From the NCBI RefSeq assembly GCF_006345805.1, contig NC_043010.1, positions 32,674,001 to 32,738,000 on the forward strand: a stretch of DNA of 64,000 nt. Reading direction: 5' to 3'. Source of the stretch: Octopus sinensis. Taxonomy: Eukaryota. A program made the position numbers and the translations under genes. Below the pieces are notes generated by a model. It saw nothing but the letters and a program-made list of their open reading frames with translations, was not told where the DNA came from and did no database searches. Position 1 is the stretch's first letter; the number at the start of each line of letters is the position of its first letter. Of the stretch, positions 26,101 to 38,814 are shown one piece after another.

Positions 26101-26450
26101 ATTTAACACAAACCGTGTATATGAAGCTGAGGTCACCTCAGTTCTAAAAACATGTAGCTAGAATTACATGTTTTTTAGTAAAACAGTAGAGTATGACTTA
26201 GGAATATTTGGTTGAGTGATCACTTAGAGATCTTGTTTGAGAATTCTTTCGACAATATGAGGCAGTGTCTTCTAGAAGCATCTTCATTTTACAATATTTA
26301 AAGAATGAAGGTATTCAATAATGAAGTTGACTGGATTCATGCCATAGTGCCAAGTTGTCAGGAGTTTCTTCTGATAAGGTTCTGCAGTAATCTTGAAAGG
26401 CCATTTTATGAGTAGCATATCTCTTTTGCAATCTTTCGTATTCTTTCAAT
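23170..26450 (-). mobile_element. Decayed Penelope-like element (RT + GIY-YIG), Naiad-like
   Basis: ORF 25322-24912 DPMGAFDSTDICDLTGLYI..GLYRDD..LKITIKTN..DFLD is a PLE RT. It is followed by CSCR..CPV..VVYEAKV (24567-24400) and YTG..NSFKQRFSN..SSF (~23640-23550), the two halves of GIY-YIG. Confidence 0.75.
24030..24236 (+). mobile_element. SINE with CORE-like central domain and probable TSD
   Basis: B-box-like gagttcaaattcc and central gcctttcatccttttggggtcgata. caatactgctattgtta is duplicated at 24008-24024 and 24237-24253. Confidence 0.8.
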
Positions 26451-26743
26451 GGGTTGACTACAAATTAAAACTTGACATACATGGATGGTGGGAAGCAGGG
26501 TGGAGTGGGGTGGAATGCTGGACATAGTTTTGTATGGAAAGAATTGGTTTTCTATGGAAGAAGACGTTTATCCAAGATGTCACACTGTGATTGTACACTG
26601 AACTTCTTAAACACCAGCAACTTGAAAACTTCATGGTGCTGCTGATAATATACCATCTCTTCATTGCAGGGTTTTCATCAACATTTCATGTAAAATTTTG
26701 TTTTAATATGGTTGCAGGAAGAAGACGTATCCAGAAAATAACT

Positions 26744-27509
26744 ATGGCAGCGAACTCCAGAGAGAGAACTATAACCTGGCATGAAATCGACAACCTTCTA
26801 TATTTCTTTTATGAAGAAACAACATCTTTAATTCCTGATCTTTGGGAACAAAAGTCAAAATCAAATAATGAGGTGTCTGTTATTCATTGTGCCTATTCTA
26901 GATTGAGTCAATTATTAGCAAAAATCCATTCCAAACATGTAAAACTTGATTCCAATCAAGATGATGACTACTTTTATAACCTTCTGTCTGATGTCATTGG
27001 TAATTTCCCTGAAGTAAAAGTCAGTATTATGGCACAAGATGAAAATATTCTACTTGAGAGTTTAGTTAAGGAACAACTTGACCTTTGTGAGACTTTTGTT
27101 CAGTTACAATTATCCAGAGAAGGACCTCCAACATTTCAACCTGAGGTACTCACTCAAATATCAGGTGCTTCAGGCAATGCCATTTTAAACATTAATGAGC
27201 AAGACCAGGTTGGTGCATCTTTCAATCTACCATGCAAGCTGAAACTGGACATTTATTCTGAAGATGTAAATACGTGTGATGTTGGTGCTGTCATAACAGT
27301 TCAGAATCATGAAAACAACAATGAGGACGTGACTGCAGTGTGTGATAACTACTCAAAGTACTTACTCTGTGTCAAAGAACCAAGTAGAGACATCTGTTCT
27401 GGTGATCAAAATAGAATCCAAGAATATGTTGCTAACATATTTTACCAATGTTTTAATAAAGCTGCGTATTTAAAAATCACGTCAGTGGCCACCACATTGA
27501 TTTTTACAG
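26744..27509 (+). CDS. Macro-RING gene, first recognised coding exon (N-terminal helical region + macro-domain N-terminal part)
   Basis: Open frame from ATG 26744 (actATGg), after a possible acceptor at 26717. It ends at donor ACAG|GTGAGT (phase 1). KLDIYSEDVNTCDVGAVI and IFYQCFNKAAYLKITSVATTLIFTG resemble macro-domain elements. The true start codon could be upstream. Confidence 0.7.
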
Positions 27510-29705
27510 GTGAGTCATTATTTTTATTGTTTACTGAATCTGTAAATTTACCACATCTTTTAGATTCAATATGAGCTAATGAGAGGTTCTGTACATGAGC
27601 ATTTACCAGCTAGAAACAGCAGCCAAATCTTCCTCATCACACTCTGCTGTGTTAAGGAATAATGCTAATAGATCTTCATTGATTTCAGCAATGAATGTTT
27701 TGTTGTTCAAGCTGAACCTCCTACTCATTGAATTATAGTGAATATTCTGCAAACATGTGTATTCTTAATATAATCATCAGAGTGAGTCAGTGTGACAAGG
27801 CATAACCTTTGAATTACAGACACGATCTATCTACAGGGTTTCCATACAGTTGCTATGCACCCAATTGAACTCTCAAGGCTTGGATGATCCTGAGACTATG
27901 GTAAAAGACAATTGCTTTAGATATCATGGAGAGGGATTGAACCTGAGACCTTGTGGTCACAAAGTAGACTTTTTAACTTCTGGCCATGATCCTTGAGTAA
28001 TGATGTAATTCTGTAATTACTTGTCTGGGTAAAAATACAGACTACTCATGGCTGCAATGCTGTTGATTATATATCTTCTGCTGCTCAGTCACATTTAACT
28101 TATTGTACTGTATTATCTAACTTCTGCCATTCAGTCACATTTTACCAGTTATAGTGTATTCTGTACAAAGGCTACTGTACAGTGTGTTGATGTACAGAAT
28201 AACAAATCTACAAGTCAACAGTTCATATTCTATCAGCAGTACTGTGTTGCCTATGATCAAGAACACACTTGACTGTTAAATAGTTCAGTCTACCTAGTTG
28301 TAAGAAGGGAATACCTCAACACTGCAAATATCAGTATAATAATACTGATGTGTGTTTCATTAGCTCACTGTGTTCAGCTCCACCTCCTGGGTTGTTGTTT
28401 AATCTCAGGCTAACTTTAATTGAGCAAACCAATGATTTAAAGTATTTCAACCATGGCCATCCTCTCTTTTTTAAGCTATCTTGAAATACATTTTCTAATA
28501 TATCCTATAAGATGGTACAGTGTGACTGTATGAAGATTTTGCTGCTATTTTTAGCAGGTCAAGTGAGCAACCACATATAGTATTTCTTAACTAGAGTGCA
28601 TGACCATTTTGTATGATATATTTTAAATCTGTTTTAGGCTAATTCTTTGATTTGAATGATAATTTTTTTCTTACAGTTTTCCATCTATGCTAAAATAAAT
28701 AAACCCAATTAAAATTTGTTCCAATTAATTATATTTCCTTTTGTTTTGTTAAAATAAAAATGTTTTCTTGTTATTTTGTAATTTTTAATTAACCTGGTAT
28801 TGTTATTTTAAAAATAAAGCAATACCTGATTATAATGGCTGTAGTTTCAAGTATTTGATCAGGTGACACACATTGCTCCTATCTATTTATCTGAAAAGGA
28901 GTACTGCCTCACAGATTATTTGCTCAAAATCTTACAAAGACACGTTGATGTTTAGCATACTCTAGATGGATGGTGAGAAGGATATGGTGCAAATTCCCGT
29001 TCATGAAGAAGGAATCTCAAGTAAAATGTTGAGAAATCCTGTTACAAAGTTTCTATTACCATATTGGCATGAAATAGCAGAAGATTCCCACTCTCTCAGG
29101 CTGAATTTTCTTGATATTTTATGTGGAGTTGACATGTTCAGTGATGAGTTAATGACTCAGTGTATTGTAGGAGATACTGCTCAGTCTTGAGTTAATATTA
29201 TTCAGTATTTTCTTTCATTATTTGTTGAGTCCAAAAGAAGCACTGCCCATGTCCTTTGCAGGCCTTCCAAGATTTGTGAAGTTGGTGCCACTAACGTTCA
29301 GTTGCAGGTCAACTCCTGCAAGACAGACAGAAACACAGAGAAAATCCTAGAGGGAAGATGTTCTGGAGGTATGAGACCATCATCTAGTTGTGAGGAACAG
29401 AGACCATTGTAGTAGTATAAAGCAACAGTATACATAAAGAGTTGAATAATAAAACAAAGTATACTGCACTGTGTCTGGTTTACTGCCAATGCTAGATCTA
29501 TATAATTACCCCTTAAATTTAAGTAACTAATTCATTATTTAAATCTTTCTTCATCACAGAAATTATCTTTCATGTTGGTAAATTTCAGTTTATGATAAAA
29601 CCAGAGTGTTATGTGTGTTAGCATAGATAGCAAATAAAATTGGCATGGAGAATGGCGTGGAAAATACCATAAAAACTTGTTAATTATTATATTCCTTCAA
29701 TAAAG

Positions 29706-29889
29706 GTCAATTTGGCATCCCTATGGACACTATTCTATTCTCCATTGTACAAGCATTGAACCAGTTTATGGATAACCAAGTAACAGAGAGCTGTCTCAAA
29801 GAAATACACATTGTTGATCGTTCTCCTGAAACTTGTAAAGTCATGGAACAGTTCCTCACTATATACTGGCCAAAGAACATATCACCAAG
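29706..29889 (+). CDS. Macro-RING gene, exon 2 (macro-domain C-terminal part)
   Basis: Acceptor ttccttcaataaag|GT and donor CCAAG|GTAAG. With phase-1 entry it reads GQFGIPMDTILFSIVQALNQFMDNQVTESCLKEIHIVDRSPETCKVMEQFL, continuing the macro-domain TG.FG.P...LKEIH.VD pattern. This exon is not in the ORF track. Confidence 0.75.
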
Positions 29890-30290
29890 GTAAGAGAGTT
29901 ATACAAGGTGTAGTAGTGTAGGTAGCTAAATAGTTGAATGATCTCCCTTGCAAGAAAGATTATAGAGTAACTTCTCTTTTCTAAGTTTCTCAAAGCATCT
30001 GTGTCATGAAACATGATACTTAATTATTCAAGAAGCTTATCAGTTCTCTTGGAAATTTCTAGAATGTCTAGTATTCCATTACTAAAAACAGATTGCTAAC
30101 CTGACTTTTCGCATCATTGCTATGTCTGTCTATTACTCTATGCCACATGACTGAAAACCACCACTTAGCTGTTATTTCTACATTTTCTATCTCTGAACTT
30201 TCTTGCATAGATTACTTCATTCAACTAGATTCTACAATTTGATTCTATGTATCATCATTGACCAGTAAATAAAATATATTTTATGTAGTA

Positions 30291-30673
30291 CTAGCAGTAT
30301 CGCCCGGCGTTGCTCGGGTTGTAAGGGAAATAACTATATAAGCATTTTTAGAGAGTTATAGCAAAAAAATGCATTAAAAATTGAAAAAAAATTAAGGTAA
30401 ATTTTTTTTAAATCGTTGACACATCGTAGATATTTTTAGAGAGTTACTTCCCTTATATAAAAGCGAAAAAAATGCATTCAAATGGAAAAATATGATGGTA
30501 AATTTTTTTTAAATCGTAGACTCATCGTAGATGCACGCTAATACCCAGAAGGGCTCGATATGAATCACGACTATAAGATACCCGCTTTTGGTTAAACTGC
30601 ACGGCAAAATGTGGGAGTAGTTACGAATCTAAATCGAAGGGGACAGACACACAACTTCACTCTTATATAAAGA
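30291..30673 (-). mobile_element. Non-autonomous Helitron-like element (family A)
   Basis: Minus strand begins TCTTTATATAAG and ends with an acccgagcaacgccgggc hairpin followed by CTAG. Confidence 0.7.
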
Positions 30674-31059
30674 TGCTTATTTTTTTTCAGTCATAGAGTT
30701 AGATTTATGAAGGTCTTCAGTAGAAAATCCTTCGAATTCTGACTCACTGCTTGATATAATGAAATTCGTATCCATTTTTTGTCAGAATTACAAATTTTGA
30801 AAACACAATAGGAACAAATTTCGGAAAAAAACCTCCCATAATTCACGGAATTAAAATTACACTTCGATTTTTGTACAAAATTGTATTTGAAGTGTTTACG
30901 AAGTATAATACGTGTTTTCACGAATTTACTAAAGAGATTTACTCTGATATTCTCATTTAAATATGAATAGGTAAATTCGGGCGGTTTGGTAACGAAAGGG
31001 TTTATATAAGTGTCATCTGTTTATACATAAACACTGTTTCATACTTTCAGTTTAGTCTT

Positions 31060-32045
31060 GCTCAAATCACTCTGTCGCTAATTTACTCTCTTCCAAGAAC
31101 ATTTTCACTCACTGTTATCTGTTAGCTTCCCATACATTTTACTCATGTATCTATCAGCGTGATAGACAGAAACAAATATTACATTTACTTTCATTTTATT
31201 CGTCGCACACTGTGTGTGTGCGTTTGCGTGTGGTGTAAACCAGACTAAGAAAAGCATTTGACACACACACCAGAATGTGAGTTTTCTGTAAATTTTGCTT
31301 AATTGGAGTTTAAATTTTAAAAACTGGACCTGGCATGACGTGATGCATTGTACTCTCAAAAATGCTAGGTAAATTGTAATTGAAGAAATCCTATATTGTA
31401 GATTTGTATAACTCCCAAAGGGAGGCAGATAAAATCTGCCTTTTATAATAAGATATATATATATATATATATATATATAGATCTTGAATTTATTCTTTCA
31501 TCTCTGTATGAACTCTTTTATTAACATACACACAGCCACATCAACACCTTGTACTGACTATATATTCTCACTACAAAGGTAAGAACTGTAACTGTATGAA
31601 ATGTTATCTCTTATTATAAAAGGCAGATTTTATCTGCCTCCCTTTGTCAGTTATAGAAATCTACAATATAGGATTTCTTCAATTACAATTTACCTAGCAT
31701 TTTTAAGAGTAGAATGCATCGGGTCATGCCAGGTCCAGTTTTTAAAATTTAAACTCCAATTAAGCAAAATTTACAGAAAACTCACATTCTGGTGTGTATG
31801 TCAAATGCTTTTCTTAATGTGGTTTACACCACACGCACACGCACACACACAGTGTGCAACGAATAAAATGAAAGTAATTCACTGTGTGTGTGTTGACAGG
31901 TAGACAATAGAATGCGATGGCGATGTAATATTTGTTTCTGTCTATCACGCTGATAGATACATGAGTAAAATGTATGGCAAGCTAAGAGATAAGAGTGAGT
32001 GAAAATGTTCTTGGAAGAGAGTAAATAGCGAGAGTGATTTGAGGA
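31060..32045. mobile_element. Inverted pair of Helitron-like 5' segments (family B; 31060-31455 minus, 31604-32045 plus)
   Basis: About 400 bp of mutually reverse-complementary sequence beginning tc(tc)ttattataaaaggcagattttatctgcctccc. Confidence 0.6.
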
Positions 32046-32089
32046 AGACTTTACATTAAATAACCGTAGTGGCTTGTATATATATATAT

Positions 32090-32365
32090 ATACATACATA
32101 AGACAGTAAGGTGTGATTTGAGGGAGATTTGGCTGCTATTTCTACCATGTCTAGCTGCCATGTAGGGGACTCCCTCATAGGCTCATACATACATATATAC
32201 ATAGATAAGACAGTAAGGTGTGATTTGGGGAAAATTTGGCTGCTATTTCTACCAGGTCTAGCTACCATGTAGAGGTCCCCCTCATTGGCTCATATATAAT
32301 ATACATACATAAGACAGTAAGGTGTGATTTGAGGGAGATTTGGCTGCGTTTCTACCAGGTCTGTT
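32090..32365. repeat. Three diverged ~105-bp tandem copies
   Basis: Repeated aagacagtaaggtgtgatttg...atttggctgc..tttctacca units separated by short TA/CATA tracts. Confidence 0.75.
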
Positions 32366-32697
32366 AGGCCTTCTCATGTAAACTCAAGCTTTCTCATGCC
32401 TTGAACATAAGACCAAAGCAGAGAATGTATTCTTTTATTCTTCTGCTTTTTCCAGCCATTGGTCTGTGGCCATGCTGGGGCAATGCCTTGAAGAATTGTA
32501 GTTTAATGAATCAACTCCAGTTTTATTTTTGTAAGCATTGTACTTATTCTATCTGTTTCCTTTGTCAAACCACTAGGTGACAGGGATGTAAACAAACCAA
32601 CATTCGTTGTCAAGCAGTGGTGGAGGACAATCACAAGCACAGACACGCACACACACACACATACATGCATACACATATACACACATACATATATATA

Positions 32698-32957
32698 TTG
32701 CAGCGTGGAAGGTGTTTGTAAGCCATTTAAGAAACACACAAAAACCGTTAGATTCACTTCAACATTTAAATTTAATTTGCCAAAATATATTCCTCGCTTT
32801 GAGACCGCGACCTGTTCACTGACAAAAATATCGTGCTAACAGGTCGCGGTCTCAAAGCGACGAAAATATTTTGACAAATTAAATTTAAATGTTGAAGTGA
32901 ATCTAACGGTTTTTTGTGTGTTTCTTAAATGGCTTATAAACACCTTCAACGCTGCAA
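32698..32957. repeat. ~120-bp-arm hairpin
   Basis: 32698-32816 is the reverse complement of 32838-32957 with a few mismatches and a 21-nt loop. Confidence 0.9.
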
Positions 32958-33119
32958 CTGTTTTCGTTCCAGCACACGATCTCAGATCAAGTCACTTGCT
33001 ATGCATGTACATCTCTGTAACTATATATATATTTATATATATATATATATGTATATTGGTAAAAACAGTAAGATAACAAAAGAAAGAAAGAGACCTCAAT
33101 ATTATGTAAATAGAGGAAA

Positions 33120-33502
33120 TCTTTATATATAAAAGTGAGGTTGTGTGTCTGTCTCCTACGATTTAGATTCCTAACTACTCCCACATTTTGCGGTGCAGTT
33201 TAACCAAAACCGGGTATCTTATAGTCGTGATTCATATCGAGACCGTCTGGGTATTAGCGTGAGTCTACGATTTTAAAAAAATTTACCATCAATTTTTCCC
33301 ATTTTTAATCCATTTTTGACATATATAAGGGAAGTAACTCTCTAAAATTTATTATTAAATCTCAGAACGTAAAAAGCTACAGTAACACCCCTCCCCCTTT
33401 GTGGTTAGCCATATTGAGATGGCTATTATACTTTACATCTCTAAAAATGCTTATATAATTATTTCCCTTACAAACCCGAACAACGCCGGGCGATACTGCT
33501 AG
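33120..33502 (+). mobile_element. Non-autonomous Helitron-like element (family A)
   Basis: Starts TC, ends acccgaacaacgccgggcgatactgCTAG, inserted between A and T. It is an inverted copy of 30291-30673. Confidence 0.72.
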
Positions 33503-34454
33503 TAGTTATATAAAAGTTTTACAATGATGTCACTGTTTTATCAGAAAGAATCTTATTCTTCAAAGGAGAATCAATTATTTCATTGTAAATATATAAATAC
33601 ATTCCCTCATCATTATTTTGTGTCTATTTTTCATGCTGGCTTATTGGGCATCAGATGCTGCTCATCTATGTCATTTAGGCTTGGTTTCTCTAGTTTCTAG
33701 CTGCTCTTCCTATCACCAGCCACTTAACAGATTCTACTGAATGTTTTCTTGTAGCACCAGCGCTAGAGAGGTAACTATGTCCTTAGTGAAACAGGACAAA
33801 AGGTACCTCTCAAACTTGCACTTTCTCCACTCATTAACCATCCATTTTTCACAAACTCACACACACATACGTATATTCTAGGTTCTATGTTGCTACCCTA
33901 CTAAAAACCTTTATTTTTAAACTAAAGATAGGAAAAGTTTAATGGCTGAGTTGATCAGAACATTGTTGCCATTATCGAGTTTTATAAAGATTCACAGATC
34001 AAATCCAGTCCAGGATCATGTGAGTATCAAGTCATAAGACACTTGATTGGTTGGGGATTTAACCAACAACAATATAATGCTCATAGTAACATTATTTATA
34101 CAATATGTTTATAAGATGAGACTGAAGAATTTCATCTTATTAACAAACGTTACTTGATTTGTCATGGCATTATCTTAATTGATATTTGCTTGATCCTGCT
34201 ATCATTTAATTATAATCTTAAGAGCAGTTCCAGAAATTTGATTAATGAAATATTTTTTCCTCATCACATAAATATTATAGTATTATTAAATCATTCCATC
34301 ACCACTACTTTAGTTATGATATCAGGAAGTGAACTTATATCTTTTTGTGTAGATGGCAACCCTAGGTAATGTTCCTGAGTTACAGTAATATTAATAGTGA
34401 CAATAATGTTGATATTGTAATTAACACACGTAAAGAAATTTTTTTATTTTTCAG

Positions 34455-34794
34455 AAAAACTTACCAGCCACACTCAGTAAATAGGATCCCAAGATTCCAA
34501 AATACTTCAGTGAATTCAGCTGTCCAGAGTTTGGATTATTCCACACATCAGCTAAACAACCTTAGTTTGCATGGAAACCACAGGTCAGTGGCAACTCCCA
34601 AAAGGTTAAAAACGAGAAGTATGCATGCTTCTGGGGAACGCAGGGATCAAAATCAAGAATGTCAAATTTGTTTCCAGACATTAACATGTAAAAAGACGCT
34701 GAATTGCAAGCATAGTTTTTGTCAACATTGTTTAGATACCTGGTTACACATAAAAAAATCTTGTCCTTTATGTCGTGCACCAGTATACCCCTAA
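34455..34794 (+). CDS. Macro-RING gene, terminal exon A (C3HC4 RING)
   Basis: Acceptor ttttatttttcag|A in phase 2, matching exon 2. Encodes CQIC-x11-CKH-x2-CQHC-x10-CPLC then a stop. AATAAA at 34853. Confidence 0.78.
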
Positions 34795-35149
34795 CCCTAT
34801 ACAAGAATTGATCCTGAAATACTTGCATACTTCTATCTATAAGTCTGTGATTAATAAATATGTTAATATTTATCTCTTTCTACATGTTGTTGTTGAATGC
34901 ATATATGATCCAAGGTGACATCATAGGATATTTGAGAAGACCAACCACTGTAAGCTTTGAGCTCTTTATCTGAGAGTGAATAAAATATAGATATTGAGGT
35001 TACTTCAGCTGTAGATTGTACTCTATTCTTGCACTTAGTCTGAAAGAGAAAGTCTTGTTAAGTTAGTTACAACCTGGCAAGAAAAACACTTCAGATTTCA
35101 TTGTGCACTCCTCATGGTGACCTAACTCATCAAACATTTCCTATGAACT

Positions 35150-36500
35150 AATTGTTACTGGCATAAATCTTTAGCTGTTTCTTTAGATCCTTCCAAGCCT
35201 GTTTGTTTTCTCTAATAGCCCTGTCAAAAACATTGTTCCACCACCACGTTATTTTGCGTCGAGAGGGGACTTTGCACCATCCACAGATCTGGTCTGTGGC
35301 CCTCAGCAGGTTGTCCTGTAGAAACCTCCAGTTGTCCTCCAGATCGTGTGAAGCCATATACCCTTCTATTTCGTCAAAGTCTTCGAGTAATATGTCTCTG
35401 AATCTCTGTCCACTTGCAGGATCTTTAAGCTTCCAGACCCTTCTCCTCCATGCTGGTCGTCTTCTGGGCATCCACTTAGCCCTGATCCTGAAGTCACTAA
35501 TTACCAGTCTATGTTGTGGTGTACATTCTTTGCCTGGGAAGGTTTTGGCATTTATAAGCAGCCATCTTTCCCTTTTTCTGGCGTGGATGTAGTCAATTTG
35601 GTTAGTGTGTCTGCCAGAATGGTAGGTGACTAGGTGACTGGCAGGTTTCCTGAAGTTAGTATTGCAAACCATAAGATCATTTGCATTGCAGAACTCCAGC
35701 AGCCTGGTTCCTCCACATTGCGGGAACCAAAACCGTAGCCTCCATGTACGCCATGGAAGCCCCCTGTATGTTGTCCAACATGTACATTGAAATCACCAGC
35801 CACAAAGAGTAGGTCCCTGTCATTTGTCAAATGAGGTAGTCTGCAAGAGTGTATCGTAGAATCGGTCTTTCTGTCTATCGGGTGGCCCTGGCTGAGGTCG
35901 AGATAATGGTTGCTAACCCATGATGAAGCACTAATCTAATTTTAAGTATTCTGTCGCATACTCTGACTACCTCGATTACCTTATCCACCCATTTCTCCGC
36001 AAGAAGTATACCCACGCCCCCGACCCCGTCAGTTTTCCCTGTCCAGAAAATCTTGTACCTGTGTTCTTTGCCTGTGAGGAACCTAGCAGAACCTCCTCTC
36101 CACCTTACTTCTTAGATGCAGCCCATATCGACACATCTCCATTCAAGCATCTCAATAATCTCACCAGACCTACCTTTCAGTGTGCTGAGGTTGAGAGTGC
36201 CAACCCTGAGGGTGTGAGAGGTGTGGACCTGTGAAACCTTGGGACAGGGCACAGCAGTGTCATGTACTTGAAAAGGGAGCTCGCATTTGACAATTCATAA
36301 ACAAACAATACAATAGCCTTCAGTTCAACCTGCATACACAACACTATCATATTTTTGCATTATATGATCACTACCTTACATAGTAGATAAACCCTAAGTA
36401 GGAGTGGGGTTGGTGTAAAGCCTTTAGAAATGTTCATGGGAGACAACCAAAGGATGACAAAAGATAGGAATTTCCAGTACAGGTGGAGGGTGTGGGGGTG
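35150..36500 (-). mobile_element. RTE LINE 5' part (5' UTR + APE), 3'-truncated
   Basis: ORFs 35830-35630 and 35672-35148 are homologous to the APE region at 8694-9800. Confidence 0.9.
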
Positions 36501-37099
36501 AGAGCATCTTCTGGATACGTATTCTTTCGGCAGAGGTATTAAAAATCGAGTAGGGGAATCTGAGTGTGTGCGCTAGTTTATATAGGGTGGTGGCAGTAGT
36601 GGTGATGGAAGAAGTCTTTGTGATGCTAGTGGTAATCGAAAGAGAGACAGAGACAGACAGAGAGAAGCCGAGAGAGATACAGAGTGAGGCGGAGAGAGGG
36701 GGTAGTGGCAGAACACGAGGGAGAAAAATATTCTTTTGGGATTTGTGCAGCATAATTTAACGAGACAGCAAATGTTGATAATAGTAAAATAGAATTGAAA
36801 AATCTGAGAGTTTTCAGTCAGCCAATCTAAGACAAAATTAGAGAAAAATTACTGTGTGATAAACTTTAATAGATGAATGAATGAATATGTTGTGGTTAAG
36901 GAAATGCGTGAACTAAGGTTATCTTAAGGCAACAACAAGGAAGACGAAACTATTGAAACTATATTTACATGATGACATGGTACGGAAATAGACAGAATAA
37001 TGAAAAGAACTAATAAGGGGTTTATGATCTGAGCAGAAATAGAAGAGTAGATGAACGAGGTTGAAAAGACAAAACTTCTTATCTGAGCATCTTCTGAGA

Positions 37100-38810
37100 T
37101 TCGTATTCTTCGGCTGGGGTAGACCTAATGTATTCCATTCAGTCTAGGTTGTTGATGTTTATGGCTGTCAACGTTGTTGTGGGGTTTGGTGTTAGTGTGT
37201 TTGTGTTGATGCTTTTGTTTTATGCAGGTGTTTTGGTTTTGGGAGTGGTAAACCTCCTGCTTTGTTTGTCTGCTTCTCTATTCTTTTTCCCCCTTTTTCT
37301 CCTTCTTCCTGTGGCCTCTTGCCAATCCTCTGTGTCGTCTTCATCTGATGACATGTCCGAGGAATCAGAAGGTGGGAGGGGAAGTTTATTGGGGTCTATT
37401 TCTGAGTGTGTTGACTTTGTTGTTGGTGTTGGTGCTGGTTGGTGACAGTTGGAGTGTGGTGTATGGGTTTTTGGGGTTGGGGTATGAGTTTTTTTGGTTT
37501 TCGCTTCCTCCTTTGAAGTTGATGTTGTTGTTGATGGTGTTGTTTCTGTTCTTGGTGGCGCTGGTGGTGGTGTTGTTTGGTTGGGCTGACTTGTTGGTTG
37601 CTGATGTTCCTTCATTAGTTTGTAGAGCTGTTTAACTAGTTGTGCATATGGTGGTGTGGACAGCAATGCTGGTGTTTTGCACAGTTTTTGGTTTTCTTGT
37701 GGTTGTTGTTTTTCATGATCTTGTTGTTGTTGTTGCTGTTGTTTCTGTGCTAGTGGGCAGTTAATTTTAAGTGTGTTTTACTACCACAAATGCAGCAACA
37801 TAGCTTTCTGCCTTCGACAGCCACATGTAAATCCTCTCTCAACTGGATCTGATGTGGAATTTTTTCAGAAAATCATTGGATTAATTTGAGCGAGAATTTC
37901 GATTTCTTGGCCAATCCAGTTTTGCTGGTCCATGACAGCGATTTCCAAGATATGGATTTCATCCTCGATGTCATAGCAAATGGCAGACACGAGCTATTTT
38001 ATTTCTTTTTCAGGAGGCACATTCTTTATTTTAATTTTTCGACCCTACAACCAAGGTATATAGGGATCATCAGTAAATTTTCAAATTGGAAGGACTTTTT
38101 GAGAGGTCCTTGACTCATTCTTCACTGTTGAATCGAACTTCGATCATGACAAATCTGTGTCCCCTCATGATGTAGTCTTTAAAGGCCCATATAGACCTTA
38201 AACATTTTTCAACATTTTCTTGAGTGGCCTTTTCGTATAGCCTTCTTTTAGGTTGAGTGTCCTGTAAATAATTGGGGTTTTTTTTTTCCGATTTTTCCCA
38301 TGATGTTTTGTGGTGTCTGTAGTTGTATGCTGAGGTCGTCTTTTTTTAACATTGCTTTACAGGCGAGCAGTTTTTCTTTGGAAAAGAACATGACTCTTTT
38401 CTTTAACTTTAAAGCTTCGGCAAAAGTGTTTTCACTATTCGTGTTGTTTGTGGTGGTGATGACAGTAGTGGTGGTAGCAATGGTTTATAGTAGCAGAAGC
38501 ATTCGTGTCTTTTGAGGCCGATGTGCGTTCACATGGAATGGCTTTGCTTTCAGCTTCCTTCGCCTGTAGCGCAGGAAGTCGGCCTCATGGTTTCGCTTAG
38601 CCATATTTGTTTAGAAATATGGCAAGGAAATCAAAGAGGATATAAATATAAATAGGTTTGAAACTGCCCCTAGGGGCCAGTTCCTCCCTTGAAAACACAC
38701 TCAAACAAAAGCTGGGTCTTTACACACCTTGTGTGCAAAAATTGAAACAAAATGTGTGCAATAAAAGGTTGAAAAAAGGGGTTACCTGCGGAGCCGATGC
38801 GACATCACGT
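37100..38810 (-). mobile_element. Decayed ORF1-like region of an L1/Tx1-type LINE
   Basis: Starts MAKRNHEAD at ~38607 and has many stops. It has a Pro/Thr-rich and acidic/basic tail (SSDMSSDEDDTEDWQEATGRRRKRGKK) and lies directly after the 3' tail of the Tx1-like RT relic. Confidence 0.45.
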
Positions 38811-38814
38811 CAGT

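Noticed and set aside
23170-26450. In-frame TGA codons as selenocysteine, as reported for some Naiad PLEs
   Set aside because: The copy is too decayed, with many stops and frameshifts, and I could not identify a SECIS.
28677-29190. Possible extra exons of the macro-RING gene (acceptor at 28676; ORF 28966-29190)
   Set aside because: Stops follow the acceptor within a few codons in all frames. The ORF has no macro-like content, and exon 1 joins 29706 seamlessly.
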